NCBI GenBank assembly: GCA_965645245.1
Contig: OZ287086.1
Location: forward strand, 186,001-250,000
Reading direction: 5' to 3'
DNA: 64,000 bases
Origin: Massalongia carnosa
Taxonomy: Eukaryota
Shown: positions 50,811 through 62,816 of the stretch, in pieces
How the letters are laid out: each line of letters opens with the position of its first letter
Numbering within the stretch: position 1 is the stretch's first letter
Made by a program: the position numbers and the translations under genes
Notes under the pieces: generated by a model
What the model was told of the DNA's origin: nothing
What the model saw: the letters and a program-made list of their open reading frames with translations, nothing else
Database searches by the model: none

Positions 50811-53699
50811 TAGCCTAGGGGTTTCTCTCCTGCCACTTGCTATGGAATCTAGGATCGGTTTTCCCTTCGTTTTCCCGTTATCTTATCAGGGTTTAAGGGT
50901 TTTTCATCGATCTTGAGAAGTCGGTTTTCCCTACGTTCTCCCGTTGTCTTATCAGGGTTTTAGGGTTTTTCATCGATTTCGATAAATTGGGTTTTCCTCC
51001 TCAGTTCCCACTGGGTTAGGAGGTTTTTCATTGACTTCGGAGGCCGGTTTTCCTCCTTGCTATCATACAAGGAAGGAGGTTTTTCACCGCCTGCCATACA
51101 TATCATACCACCCACCTAACGTGTCGTTATTATCCAGTACACGCTCGGCGGAGCTCGCGTCCTAGAGGGGAGGCAATTGTAATACGGATGGCGCTAGAGG
51201 GATACGTGATCGCCTATGGCGGTTGCGGGATTAACTAGCGTGGACCATGCCGTAGTACGAAGTCGCATAAGCCGTCGAGGCTAACACACTGCCATCTTGC
51301 CCCGAAACTTCGGAGTTATTGTTATCACGTTCTTGACTACTTACAGATCAAACACCTGTCGAGGCCGTGGTGGTAGATTGCCATGGAGTGTAAGGCGGAC
51401 TCCTGTGGAGACGCCAAGGAACTCTATATGGGATCTACTGGCCTACTCGGAGCTACTGGATCTCTTGATGGTTCAAGAGAGGTAGCAGGAGGCACGGCTC
51501 GCTGGACGCAGCTTGAGCTAGGCTCCCCGGTGTAAACTTCAGCTTCAACCTTTATTACTACGTTGGTAGTGATGTCGGCTGAATGAACCTACATGACCTC
51601 GTTGTCTAGACCTTGTGTTTAGAGGCAGGTCCGCAGTGTAGCGAGGTATTCAGTCGGAGGTAACCTTCCATCACTAGGTAGTGGTGACGGCGAAATGAAG
51701 CTACATAGCCTGAGGCATGTAGTGAGGGATCTAGCCGGGGGTAGAATTGTTCTACCTTGCAAGGGAAGGTCTAGAAGGCTGCTCGAGGCTGACTAGATGA
51801 TCCAGCGAACGCCGAGTTCGTGGATGGATCCTGAGGGATGGTTGGATGTAATGCGATAAAGTCGGATGTGGATTGCAAGGCTGTAATGCTCGCAAGACTC
51901 CCAAGGCTTGCAAGGCTCCTAAGGTTCCAAGGCTCCCAAGGCTATAGGCTTGGGGTGAGTAGGATAAATATCAGAACGAATCTTGTAGTATTCGTTAGCA
52001 ATTAGTCTTTATTCTATGAACAACCTACGTTTGGGTCTCGGACGAGATCTCTTGGTCTAAGCACTTCCACATCCATTAGTTCTTTGGATCACGTAAACTC
52101 TCGGAGACTAGCACGTAGTAGCTATCTTCCTCCTCTCACGCTGAGCATTTCCCCTTTCGAGATCAGTGTCGCTCGTGATAAGCTTACTGGTCTCGTAGCC
52201 CATTACATATGACCATATTTGTGACAATTAAAACATTGCGTCATGGTGCATCCCTTTGTGAATCTTTTACAGTCTTTGATTTCATAGTCGATTATGAGAC
52301 CCTCGGCTATGATCCGCTTGGCCGTTTCGGCGGTGGCGACTTCCATATGTAGCGTGGAGAACGCCTTCTTTTCCCTTATAGCCCTGGTGGACCTGGCTAT
52401 TTTCTTTATCTGCAGGTCTGGGTGCAGGCGTGCGTTAGCGGTCTGCAGGTACCATATGGCCTGCGATTGGTTGGCGGTTTTGATGTGTTCCATCTTGATA
52501 CCATTTACTCTGACCGAGTATGTCCGTTTCTTAATCGCCGGTGAGTCGGCTATTTTTCGGGTCCATTCCGACTTTTCTTGTAGAGTCTTTTTGACTTCTA
52601 GTGATTCAGTGTGAATTTTGAGATCTCCGCTAATGAGTCGCGAAACTCCCCGTATCCCCTCCGTTTCTGCTTGTAGTGTCTCCACGAGATCTTTTGTGGG
52701 CATGTTCTTTATTTTTTCCTTGTCGCTTGCGCTGGAAATGACTACGGTCATTGCTCTGGCCTGTCGAACTTCTTATGGTGAAGGTTCGGTTTGTTTTGAA
52801 GAAGTGATTGGCTTGGTGCGGCGGAGAATCGGGGGGGCCTCGGAGGCTTGACCTCTGGTTGCGGCTGCGGAATAGCGGTTTGTGGTTGTTGTGGCTGTCT
52901 TAGCAGTTTCGATACGGGCTAGACTTCTTTGTATTTCTGTCAGGGTGTCGTGAATGGGCTTCGAAATGTTTTCGTTGTCGTTGTCGATGCTTCTCTGATT
53001 ATCGAGAAAAATTTTCACCTCCTCTAGAATCCCTGTTCCCTCCGGTTCCCCTCCGTCTCCTATATCTATCAGATAGTCATCTATCTTGTACAGCAGTTGA
53101 TCTCTCTGCTTCGCGTACGCGATCACGAACGGGTTTTCGAGTTGAATGTTCATCGCGTCCTCCGTATCTCTTCCCCGGCTTTCTTGACATATATTCTTGT
53201 TTGATCATTCAGTTTTTCCTCCGTTCCTCAAATTCAATACTGGCGGAGTTGCATGTTAAGTTAGGTAATCGTTTTCGCTTTATGTCCGGCCCAGCAATGA
53301 TATCTATGGAGATCTGAGAGATCAGAGGATGGGTTGAAGTAGAGACTGAGTTTATTGAACTACTGAGCTCGATAGAGCAGAATATATAGCTCAAATGATA
53401 ACTAAGTACACATGTGAAAGGGGACATACATAGGACATGTGAAAGGGGACATGTCGAGTGCATGTGATTGAACATTTGAAAGAGTGAGATTATTCCGGCT
53501 GATAATATCGTTTCTGTTTTTGGTCCTTTTCTTCCGGTTGACGCTGTTCCTTAATACAATCGTCACACGTACGATGACCAGGTTTACGTATGATGCATAG
53601 TTTTCGCTGTAGACCACGACCGAAATATATCTCATAAGAAAATCGTACTCTCTTCCAGTCATTGAGCTAATATATATGTCTTTTTTCCCAAGCCCAGGC

Positions 53700-54150
53700 A
53701 CGACGTGTGTTCATTAAATTCTCGGGAACGTAGGTCTTGATGCATGCAAGGCATTTGTGATAATTTCGCTTGTTTATAGCCCTCTGAATCGTACGTCATG
53801 AAACGAAAAGAGCGTCAACAGCTGCAGCCAATTGAGTCCAGGTCATTGTTATTCTCTCCAAGCCCCACGTTTGTAATATCTTATTCATAGGATCAATATT
53901 TTCGTCTGAAAGCTTATGATGGCGACCACGAGACTTTGATTCATCAGCGTTGTGAGCGCGACGACTGATATCCGTTTTTTTTAGCATAACATAAACATCA
54001 AGTCCTTTCCACGCCAAAATAATCGAACATATCCAACTTGCTGTACAGAATTCCCTTCGCCTGAGCATATTCTATAGCATCCTATACTTTAGCTTTAGTT
54101 AGAGTAGTAAAATCACCATATTTATTAGATTTGAAGGCTAAATTGAGCTC
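53700..54150 (-). mobile_element. Possible Tc1/mariner transposase N-terminal relic
   Basis: RGRHHKLS...MTWTQLA resembles a Tc1 HTH linker; strongly degenerate. Confidence 0.4.
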
Positions 54151-54370
54151 CATTATTATAAATGTAGAGGTTAGAAAGGTTGAGTAGCAAGCGAAAAATT
54201 TTAGTGTTCGCGATTTTATTGTCACCCGCGTGGGCACCACCCCCCCCCGCACTAACTGTAGATGGTCTAAACATCCCGAAACTTAAAATTTTGACCAATC
54301 AAGTCTAGATGCTGCTACCCCTATTTGATAGAGTGTCCAATCATTTACTATTTACATGAATATAATCCAC

Positions 54371-55195
54371 TATAATGCAGATGGCTGTAGAGGGATACGT
54401 GATCGCCTACGGCGGTTACGGGATTAACAAGCATGAGCAAGGCTGTAGTACTTAGTCGCATAGTCGTCGAGGCTGAAACGACGCCACCATGCCACACATC
54501 TCCGAATTAGTTGTTACTATGTTCTAGACTACTTACAGATCAAATACCTGTCGAGGCCGTGGTGGTAGATTGCCATGGAGTAAGGCGAACTCCTGTGGAG
54601 ACTAGCCGTGGACTCTATATGGAATCTACTGGCCTAATCGGAGCTACTCGATCTCTTGATGGATCAAGAGTTGTAGCAGGAGGCACGGCTAGCTGGACGC
54701 AGCTTGAGCTCGGCCTCCCCGGTGTAAACTTCAGCTTCAACCTTTATTGCTACGCTGGTAGTGATGTTGGCTGAATGAACCTACATGACCTTGTGGTCTA
54801 GACCTTGTGTCTAGAGGCAGGTCCGCAGTGTAGATAGAGATTCAGTTGGAGGTAACCTTCTATCGCTACGTTGGTAGTGGTGACGGCGAAATAAAGCAAC
54901 ATAGCCTCGGCGTCTAGAATTTGTGTTTAGAGGCAGGCTTGGGGTGAGTAGGATAAATACCAGAACGAATCCTGTAATATTGTTAGCAATTAGTCTTTAT
55001 TCTACAAACAACCTACGTTTGGGTCTCGGACGAGATCTCTTGGTCTAAGCACTTCCACATCCATTAGTTCTTTAGATCACGTATACTCTCGGAGAATAGC
55101 AAGTAGTAGTTATCTTCTACCTCTCACGCTGAGCATTTCCCCTTTCGTGATCAGTGTCGCTCGTGATAAGCTTACGAGTCTCGTAGCCCATTACA
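54371..55195 (+). repeat. Solo LTR family A, internally deleted
   Basis: TATAAT (mutated TG)...ATTACA, TSD TCCAC. Confidence 0.93.
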
Positions 55196-55695
55196 TCCAC
55201 CCCTTTCAATTCAGACGAACTGCTTGCCAGCAGTCCTGATTTTTACAGCAAGGCTTAATCGGATAATATCCTCCACATGCCCACTGTGTCTGAGCACCTC
55301 GTCGCTTTCTTTTGTTTCCACTAGCGTCTCTTTCAGCTAGTGATTCGCTCTTTCTCTTGAAAGGTCTTTTTTTATTGAAATTAGAATGCACACATTATTG
55401 TTTTTTGTTCAGATGAATGTAATGATGCTCGAAAGAACCGACAAAACAATCAGTTGTGACATCCTGAACGCTTTTCCGAGGCTTATATCGTTGTCTTTGA
55501 TTAGCGGAGCTTTTCAGAAGATAAAGAGAAAGATGACGAATAAAGTCAGCATGATCGAGGATTTTTTCTGTTGTTTCAGAGTTGTTCAATTGATAGAGCT
55601 TGTATGCATTTAACGCAGCAGCATATAACAAAATAGTAAAAAAATATCATTAATAACTATCACTTCGACGTTTATACGAATAATTTGCTCTTTGC

Positions 55696-55847
55696 TACGC
55701 CGCGCAAAGGGTTGGGTTTTCCCGACAAAATTGCTTTTTCGCCACTGGGTTTTTCTCTTAAAACTCAACCCGGACACCAAAAATCATAGGGTTCACCAAA
55801 AACGTGTTGGGTTTTAAGTAGAGAAACACGACCCGTTGCACGGCGTA
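55696..55847. mobile_element. MITE (hAT-like)
   Basis: TACGCCGCGCAA...TTGCACGGCGTA inverted ends; TSD imperfect. Confidence 0.85.
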
Positions 55848-57100
55848 CCTCATTGCTGAGTATTTTCATCTGAACCTCTCATGTGAAGTTTGTATTCTCT
55901 GATGAGAACATGAATCGATAATTCTAAAGGTTATAAAGACATTCGATCAGGCAGTAAAGTGATGTGTTCATGAATTGATGAATAATAAGTTATAGTCGAT
56001 TCATTCGAGTGTTCTGAATTTTCATTTCTTTTGAAAGAATGTAAATAATATGAATGATCAAGTTCTAGAGGATCATGAAACGTAGTCATAAGCTGAACAG
56101 TATTCTTATTCATTTAGTCTAAACAAAGCACTTCATTATCGAAAGTTGTATTGATACGAAGGCTTTAATGTTTCGCTTTTGTGACCACATCTCTCAGAAT
56201 TAGGAATTTCGAGGAAATTTCAGAGCCTTTCTTTACTTTTTCACAGACGACAATTCCTATTGATCGAAGAAATTTGAATAGTTTGGTGCTGCTAAAGAAG
56301 TTATCGCAAAAATAAACATAGTTTAGTGATTCGAGAAATGTTCGACAAAGCTGAATTATCATCAAAGTACTATCAGAAAGATCGTGTTTGATCAAAAATT
56401 CTAGCTGTCTGACGGTTTTGAATTGACTGATTTGGATAATTCTGAACGCAAAAAGAAACGAGATCAAATAATTATTCTGACAAAGATTATATAATTTAAA
56501 TCCTTTGCGGGCATGCTTGAAAGCTATTTTCAAAATATAACGTGATCGGTCTTTGAACTTAATCAATTGCTCATCAACTGAAACAATTCTTCCTGATCGG
56601 TAATATTTCAATAAAGTCGTTTGAAAATCAGTAGCAAGCGACTTCAATTTCTTTCATCAATCATGTTCTATGCTCATGCCGGAAGGCTCTGTACGTTCGT
56701 TGTTTATTTTCAAGAATCTTTTGATATTTTCAAATCAATTCAGAGAAATAGCCTCCTGAACAGACATGATAATAGGCTTATCAGGACATGTGTTTCAGTA
56801 GTCGCACTTTAAAGGTGCATCATTCATACTCATAAACAAAAGAAAACTCAGAAACACCTCTATCTCAGGTTCAATAACGTCATGTCATGCGCGATGATTA
56901 TTCTCCTTATCCTTCTTCATATAGTCGTGTACCTTGATATTGATATTATACGCGATAGTGTGACAGTGCTGAGCTGAAATGAATGGTTGAAACAATTCAA
57001 GAGGCGTATTAGCATGCCCTTTAGCAAGTGATTTAGGAGGTCTGTCGTCAACTAACACGGAAGTGTAATTGAGGGAGGGAGGTGGAATATCGGTCAAAAT

Positions 57101-57271
57101 TTTAACGGTTCGACCATGCGTGGTGCGGACGGCAGGACCTATAGCGAACATAACAGGAGTCCCAGTTATAGTAGAGTAGAGCTTTGTCTGCGGACTAAGT
57201 ATTGTGCCTTTTGGTCGGGAAGGACAGGTGGCGCAATGGTAGAAATATATTCACTATCTCCCTTCGTCACA
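57101..57271 (+). repeat. Solo LTR family C inside the piggyBac ORF
   Basis: Full-length match to family C; TSD AAAAT/AATAT. Confidence 0.9.
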
Positions 57272-57863
57272 AATATGCTCTCGACGGTGCGCTTCCTAAT
57301 GATTTTGTGCTGCTTTGCCGAGGAAGGAGATTTGTTTGAAACACTAGGAATCTCTTCTTTATTTAGCCTTATATTTTGCAATTAAATATGAAATAATTAT
57401 CACAATAATTGATGAGTAACTAAATCAGTTCGTGGAGTTGAGAATGATGATACTTGGGGTTGAAAACGTAAACAAATTTTGATGTTCTTGATTACTAATA
57501 CAATGCAGCTAATTACCAGTTGGGGGGGTAGTGCCTCCGCAGCGACGAAAAGGATACTCTCTTTTTCTCATATTCACATCTTATCTTTTTATTACACTTC
57601 TATGTTTTTTTATGTTCCTATTTATATTTTCAATTATATTTACATTTCTTCTCATTTAATTATTTTGACTTTTTTCCTTAATTACATTTATCTTTACATT
57701 AACTTTGTTTCACATTTCTTTTCAATTTTACTTTTACTTTTTCTTATTTTCCCTTCTATTTTCTCTCATCTTTAGTTTTCTTTTTTCTTAATTTTATTTC
57801 TCTATTTTTTTACTCTCATCTTTCCACTCATTGTATTTTTATTTCTTTTTAATTTCCTATCCC

Positions 57864-58034
57864 TGTAACGGTTCGACCAAGTGTGGTGCGGACGGCAGGA
57901 CCTACAGCGAACATAGCAGGAGTCCCAGTTATAGTAGAATAGAGCTTGGTCTGCGGACTAAGTATTGTGCCTTTTGGTCGGGAAGGACAGGTGGCGCAAT
58001 GGTAGAAATCCATTCACTATCTCGCTTAGTCACA
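57864..58034 (+). repeat. Solo LTR family C
   Basis: TGTAAC...GTCACA, TSD ATCCC. Confidence 0.93.
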
Positions 58035-58066
58035 ATCCCTACTCATACTTCTACTTATATTCACAT

Positions 58067-59091
58067 TGTAATACGGATGGCGCTAGAAGGATACGTGATC
58101 GCCTACGGCGGTTGCGGGATTAACTAGCATGAGCCAGGCCGTAGTACTTAGTGGCACAGCCGTCGAGGTTGACACGACGCCACCTTGCCACACAACTCCG
58201 AATTAGTTGTTACTACATTCTAGACTGCTTACAGATCAAACACCTGTCGAGGCCGTGGTGGTGGATTGCCATGGAGTAAGGCGAACTCCTGTGGAGAAGC
58301 CGTGAACTCTATATGGAATCTACTGACCTACTCGGAGCCTCGATCTCTTGATGGATCAAGAGTTGTAGCAGGAGGCACGGCTAGCTGGACGCAGCTTGAG
58401 CTCGGCCTCCCCGGTGTAAACTTCAGCTTCAACCTTTATTGCTACGTTGGTAGTGATGTCGGCTGAATGAGCCTACATGACCTTGTGGTCTAGACCTTGT
58501 GTCTAGAGGCAGGTCCGCAGTGTAGATAGAGATTCAGTTGGAGGTAACCTTCCATCGCTACGTTGGTAGTGGGGACGGCGAAATAAAGCTACATAGCCTC
58601 GGCGTCTAGACTTTATGTTTAGAGGCAGGCTAGCAATGTAGTGAGGGATCTAGCCGGAGGTATAAGTGTTCTACCTTGCAAGGGAAGGTCTAGAAGGCTG
58701 CTCGAGGCTGACTAGATGATCCAGCGAACGCCGAGTTCGTAGATGGATCCTGAGGGATGGTTAGATGTAAGGCGATAAGGTAAGAAGTGGGTTGCAAGGC
58801 TCCTAAGGTTCCAAGGCTCCCAAGGCTATAGGCTTGGGGTGAGTAGGATAAATACCAGAACGAATCCTGTAGTATTCGTTAGCAATTAGTCTTTATTCTA
58901 TGAACAACCTACGTTTGGGTCTCGGACGAGATCTCTTGGTCTAAGCACTTCCACATCCATTAGTTCTTTGGATCACGTATACTCTCGGAGACCAGCACGT
59001 AGTAGCTATCTTCCACCTGTCACGCTGAGCATTTCCCCTTTCGAGATCAATGTCGCTCGTGATAAGCTTACTGGTCTCGTAAGCCATTACA
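58067..59091 (+). repeat. Solo LTR family A
   Basis: TGTAAT...ATTACA, TSD CACAT/CATAT. Confidence 0.93.
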
Positions 59092-59354
59092 CATATCCAT
59101 CTTTTTTTATTTTTTTGTTCACATTCTTATTATTTTTACATTCTTATTCTCTTTTTCTTTTATATTTCTTTTGATTTTTAACTTTATCATTACATTTATA
59201 TTTAACTATCTTTTTACATTCATATTTACCTTTATATTTATACTTGTTTTTATTTTTATTTTCATATTCATATTTATATTCACATTTATTCATATATTTA
59301 CTCTTATTTTTTCTTATTTTTATCTTGAACTTTTATTTACTCTTATTTTTTTAA

Positions 59355-62014
59355 GGTTCGGATACGGGGACACCGGGTAGGATGCATTTACACCGGGCAC
59401 TTGATGCATGTACACCGGGCACTTGATATATATACATCCTCTTCCCACAAAGGTAAAGGGCCGGCACATTTTGCACCACTTTACCTTTCTTGGTTAGCAG
59501 ATGAAAAATCAGATGGTGATTTGAAAACTATGCGGCAATGAAGTTTTCAGCATTGATCTGTTGCATCTCATCAAGATTGATAAGATGACATCTTCTAGCT
59601 ACTCGGTCGCAATTGCCTCGTCAGTCCTACCCCTTCTTCCCCTGTCCCCCCTGCCCCCCCTGCCCGCCTCGCCGACCTTTTTCGCCTTGTCCGTCCTGTC
59701 CGCCCTGTGCGCCCTGCCCGCCCTGCCCGCCCTGCCCGCCCTGCCCGCCCTGCCCGCCCTGCCCGCCCTGCCCGCCCTGCCCGCCCTGCCCGCCCTGCCC
59801 GCCCTAGTTGCTGCTTGAGTCGCAGGCCTGGATGAGGCACGAGTGCCTGCCACCTCACCTTCATCTCGTCGTCGCTCGCGCCCGCGCCCGCGCCCGCGTC
59901 CCGCTGGTGTAGCCTCGGCTCTTGCCAGAACTCGTTCGATATCCGCTGGCAGTTCATTCCCATGTTGCTCTGCTATTTCACCTTCAACGATTTTGAATTG
60001 AGATGGATTCCGATAGGTGGAGTTGTCCAATGCTTGTCTACGATTCTCCGCCCCTGCAGGACGTCCTCGAGGTTGGACAACTACTAGTTCTTCCACCTTA
60101 ATTGGCGGATCGAGAGCTGGATCATTGATTGGATCAGGTAAGGAAGATCTTTCAAACCTCCAATGAGGATGGACATCTTCCAAAATCAGACATCCCTCAG
60201 GTCCGAATAAACGTTCCTGCATTTTGTGACTGCATGGTAATCCGGTAGTAGTTGTAAAGCTTCCAGTGCAACGATTGACTGCCGTTGCTTGGTCCATCAA
60301 CAGTCTGTATTGATCATCCATTCTTCTCAATGCGTATGGGGTTACGAACGCCGCGATGCGATTGAAAACTGGTTTTCGAAGATCCATAGGGTATCGCATC
60401 TTCGCTTCGTCAAAGGCTATCATGTAATTTTGTCGCTCGTTGATTAGAAGTAGGTTGATGCCATCTACAACTGTTTTCAAATCTCCTACAGCTCAGTCAG
60501 TATTGAATGTTTCTTAGGGTTGTACTCATTACCTGTTGATACTCCGAGATGACGTTTAAGAGCTGCGTGCCCCCCCTCACCTCTAGAAGTAGTTGTGGTT
60601 CCGAAGTGTAACACCTGATCGGTTTGAAATTTCACGAAGCGACGATGAAAGGACATGATGTACGTTTCTCGCAGATAATCCAAACATTCTCCATGCGTTA
60701 GATAGTAGGTGTCACTCATTCACTGCCACGCCGACTCGTAATCAACTCTGGAAGCGGCGTATACAACAGAAGTCCAGGCGGATATGAAGTCATCCCATTC
60801 TTCTTTGGTATTGAAGCCCTTCTTGCAATTTACCGTCACATTCTTGTTGATATGCCAAAGACAGAGCAGATGATTCGTATTCGGAAAGATCAATCGCACG
60901 GCATTCATCAACCCACGCTCCATTTCGGTCACAACAACCACCGGATCTGGAAGTTGCAACTGCGCATACAACGACTTCAATTGTCCCAATGTCTACTCAT
61001 AATCCACCTGCTTCTCCTTTGCCATGAAGCAAAACGCGACATAGAAATTAGTATGTAGGGCCGTTTGCCCGCTGATGATCAGCAACGGAAGTTTATATCT
61101 GTTGGTTTTGTAGGTGCAATCCATGACCAGAACTTCATGATTGACCTTCAGTAGAGTTTGGGATGTTCCTCTCACGAAGAATAAGTGGGTGATCTGATTG
61201 CGAATGTCTTTCTGATAGTTGTACGTCCAGTCGTTTTGATCAAGTTCCTGCATCAATTCCTGAACCGGGGTTAAAGGACCTAGAGTATCTCGTCTCAGCT
61301 GTGCCTTGATGTTGTAGATATCTCGAGGCTTGAATAACGGATTTTTGTTATCGGTGTCAATACGAAGGGTGGAGAGAATCTTAGAAGGAGCTGTTTGTAT
61401 GTACGGTCAATTGTCTAGAGATGTCGTTCTTAATCTCTTTAGTCATAGCCATTTTGCGTAACGTTGGATGCGATCCAGCAATTGTAGCTTCATGATTATG
61501 GAATGGGTTGATTACTTCCAATAACCAGGTTCCATCCACTCTGTTTCGCACCGCCGTGACCTTGAACTGACAATCGATGATTCGATTATTGGTATGACGT
61601 CTATCTCTGCCTCGAGGTATTCGATTGCTACCTCCCCTGTCGCAGCGCAACCAGACTTTTCTCTTGATGCCAAGATCTGATTTCTTTGATCCAGCTGTGA
61701 CCACCGCGTATCCTTCTGAGCCGGCGTGAGTATTGACGCTGAGAATGAGTTCTTCCAAGGTGGAAAAAACCTGGTCATCGTGAGGAGGAGCCAGAGGCAT
61801 GATTTGAGAATGATTGAGAAAGATGATGCATCAATTGAAAATTTCAAGATCTCATCTGATTTTTCATCTGCTAACCAAGAAAGGTAAAGTGGTGCGAAAT
61901 GTGCCGGCCCTTTACCTTTTTGGGAAGAGGGTGTATATGTATCAAGTGCCCGGTGTACATGCATCAAGTGCCCGGTATACATGCATCCTACCCGGTGTCC
62001 CCGTATCCGAACCC
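59355..62014 (-). mobile_element. Complete MULE with ~200-bp TIRs and a disrupted transposase (59599-61800)
   Basis: TIR GGTTCGGATACGGGGACACCGGGTAGGATGCAT..., 9-bp TSD TTTTTTTAA; FAR1-like WLRCDR..C..HNH, DCTYKTN, CLWH and SWIM (C..GLPCSH) motifs; stops at 60993 and 60720. Confidence 0.95.
59711..59804 (-). repeat. 9-bp tandem repeat (GCCCTGCCC), about 10 copies, encoding (RAG)n in the MULE transposase tail
   Basis: Directly visible; in frame with ORF 59599-60480. Confidence 0.95.
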
Positions 62015-62199
62015 TTTTTTTAAATGCGAATTGAATCTTATTGATGTTTTCGGCAATTTGGTAATTTTTAATTCATTTTTCAATTATTTTCATTGAACTT
62101 TTCGAAATAATTAATCTTCACTCGATTTTAATAATCCTGATTTCATTCCATTTGAAAAATTTAATGAATTTTGTTCCTGGAAATTTGCACGGGAATTGA

Positions 62200-62332
62200 T
62201 ACGCCGCGCAACGGGTTAGGTTTTCGCCACCAAATTGCTTTTTCGCTACCGGGTTTTTCTTTCAAAAATCATATGGTTCGCCGCAAACGGGTTGGGTTTT
62301 CAGTAGAGAAACCCGACCCATTGTGCGGCATA
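62200..62332. mobile_element. MITE (hAT-like)
   Basis: TACGCCGCGCAA...TTGTGCGGCATA; 8-bp TSD GGAATTGA/TGAATTGA. Confidence 0.85.
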
Positions 62333-62816
62333 TGAATTGATTGGAATAATATGAAATTCGATAATTTAATTCATTAATATGACAATTCTTGAAACTTTTC
62401 CGGCGCATAATAAAATTCCTTGACCAACTTCGTACATTCTAATCCTCCTCACATTACTCGTCGTCCCAACCATTGAAAAACTTCCTCTTTCTGCCCAACC
62501 GAAATGCCATCCGCCCGCGCTCGCGACCATGCCGAATCTTCGATAGCCTCCGAATACTTCGATATCAATTCCACCCATGTCCCTATAATCACCTCCGAAT
62601 ATTGGCATTCCGCCCCGGGAATCCCTACCCAAAATCCGGCCTCCTTGTCACGATAATATAACATAGCATGCTTTCGTACTCTAACACTTGCTTATCACCG
62701 TGATAAGCCCGGCTTAACTCTTTAGTCATTCCATGATAGGAGCAGGTCCAGATTGGGACTAGTCTAGATTAGCTGTATATAGACGAGCTTGCTCGCATAT
62801 CTCAATGGACATCCTT

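Larger units (their letters stand above)
45688..52207 (+). mobile_element. Ty3/Gypsy chromovirus, family A, with 1030-bp LTRs (45688-46717, 51178-52207) and a deleted integrase core
   Basis: LTRs appear identical by eye; TSD TATGA; PPT AGAGGGGAGG; inserted in the LINE ORF1 zinc knuckle. Confidence 0.97.
41394..53200 (-). mobile_element. Near full-length Tad1-like LINE copy 2 (ORF1 gag-like; ORF2 APE endonuclease, RT, CCHC-like), degenerate, hosting two LTR insertions
   Basis: ORF1 CFNCHKYGH|..C..CGHCAGAH; ORF2 QEPW, GDFNLHH, TIDLVF and FVDD motifs; 3' tail missing; 5' boundary approximate. Confidence 0.95.
54213..57553 (-). mobile_element. Degenerate piggyBac-like transposon hosting a family A LTR, a MITE and a family C LTR
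   Basis: VSVDEQLIKFK, KGFKLY, CDNFFSS and NAYKLY motifs with a Cys-rich C-terminus; decayed inverted ends near 54213-54258 and 57517-57553. Confidence 0.8.
57560..59345. repeat. T-rich, G-poor low-complexity tract with about 6-bp periodicity, split by two solo LTRs
   Basis: Runs such as TTTATATTCACATTTATTCATATATTT. Confidence 0.8.

Noticed and set aside
50346..50916. C-terminal ~190 aa of the 997-aa pol ORF as a novel domain
   Set aside because: It is off-frame read-through after the integrase deletion; the conserved sequence is in another frame.
57479..59380. Phe/Ile-rich 'membrane protein' ORFs (57479-57775, 59171-59380)
   Set aside because: They are artefacts of the T-rich low-complexity tract.
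59561..59818. (PAL)n and (CPP)n ORFs on the plus strand
   Set aside because: They are antisense readings of the 9-bp repeat in the MULE transposase tail.
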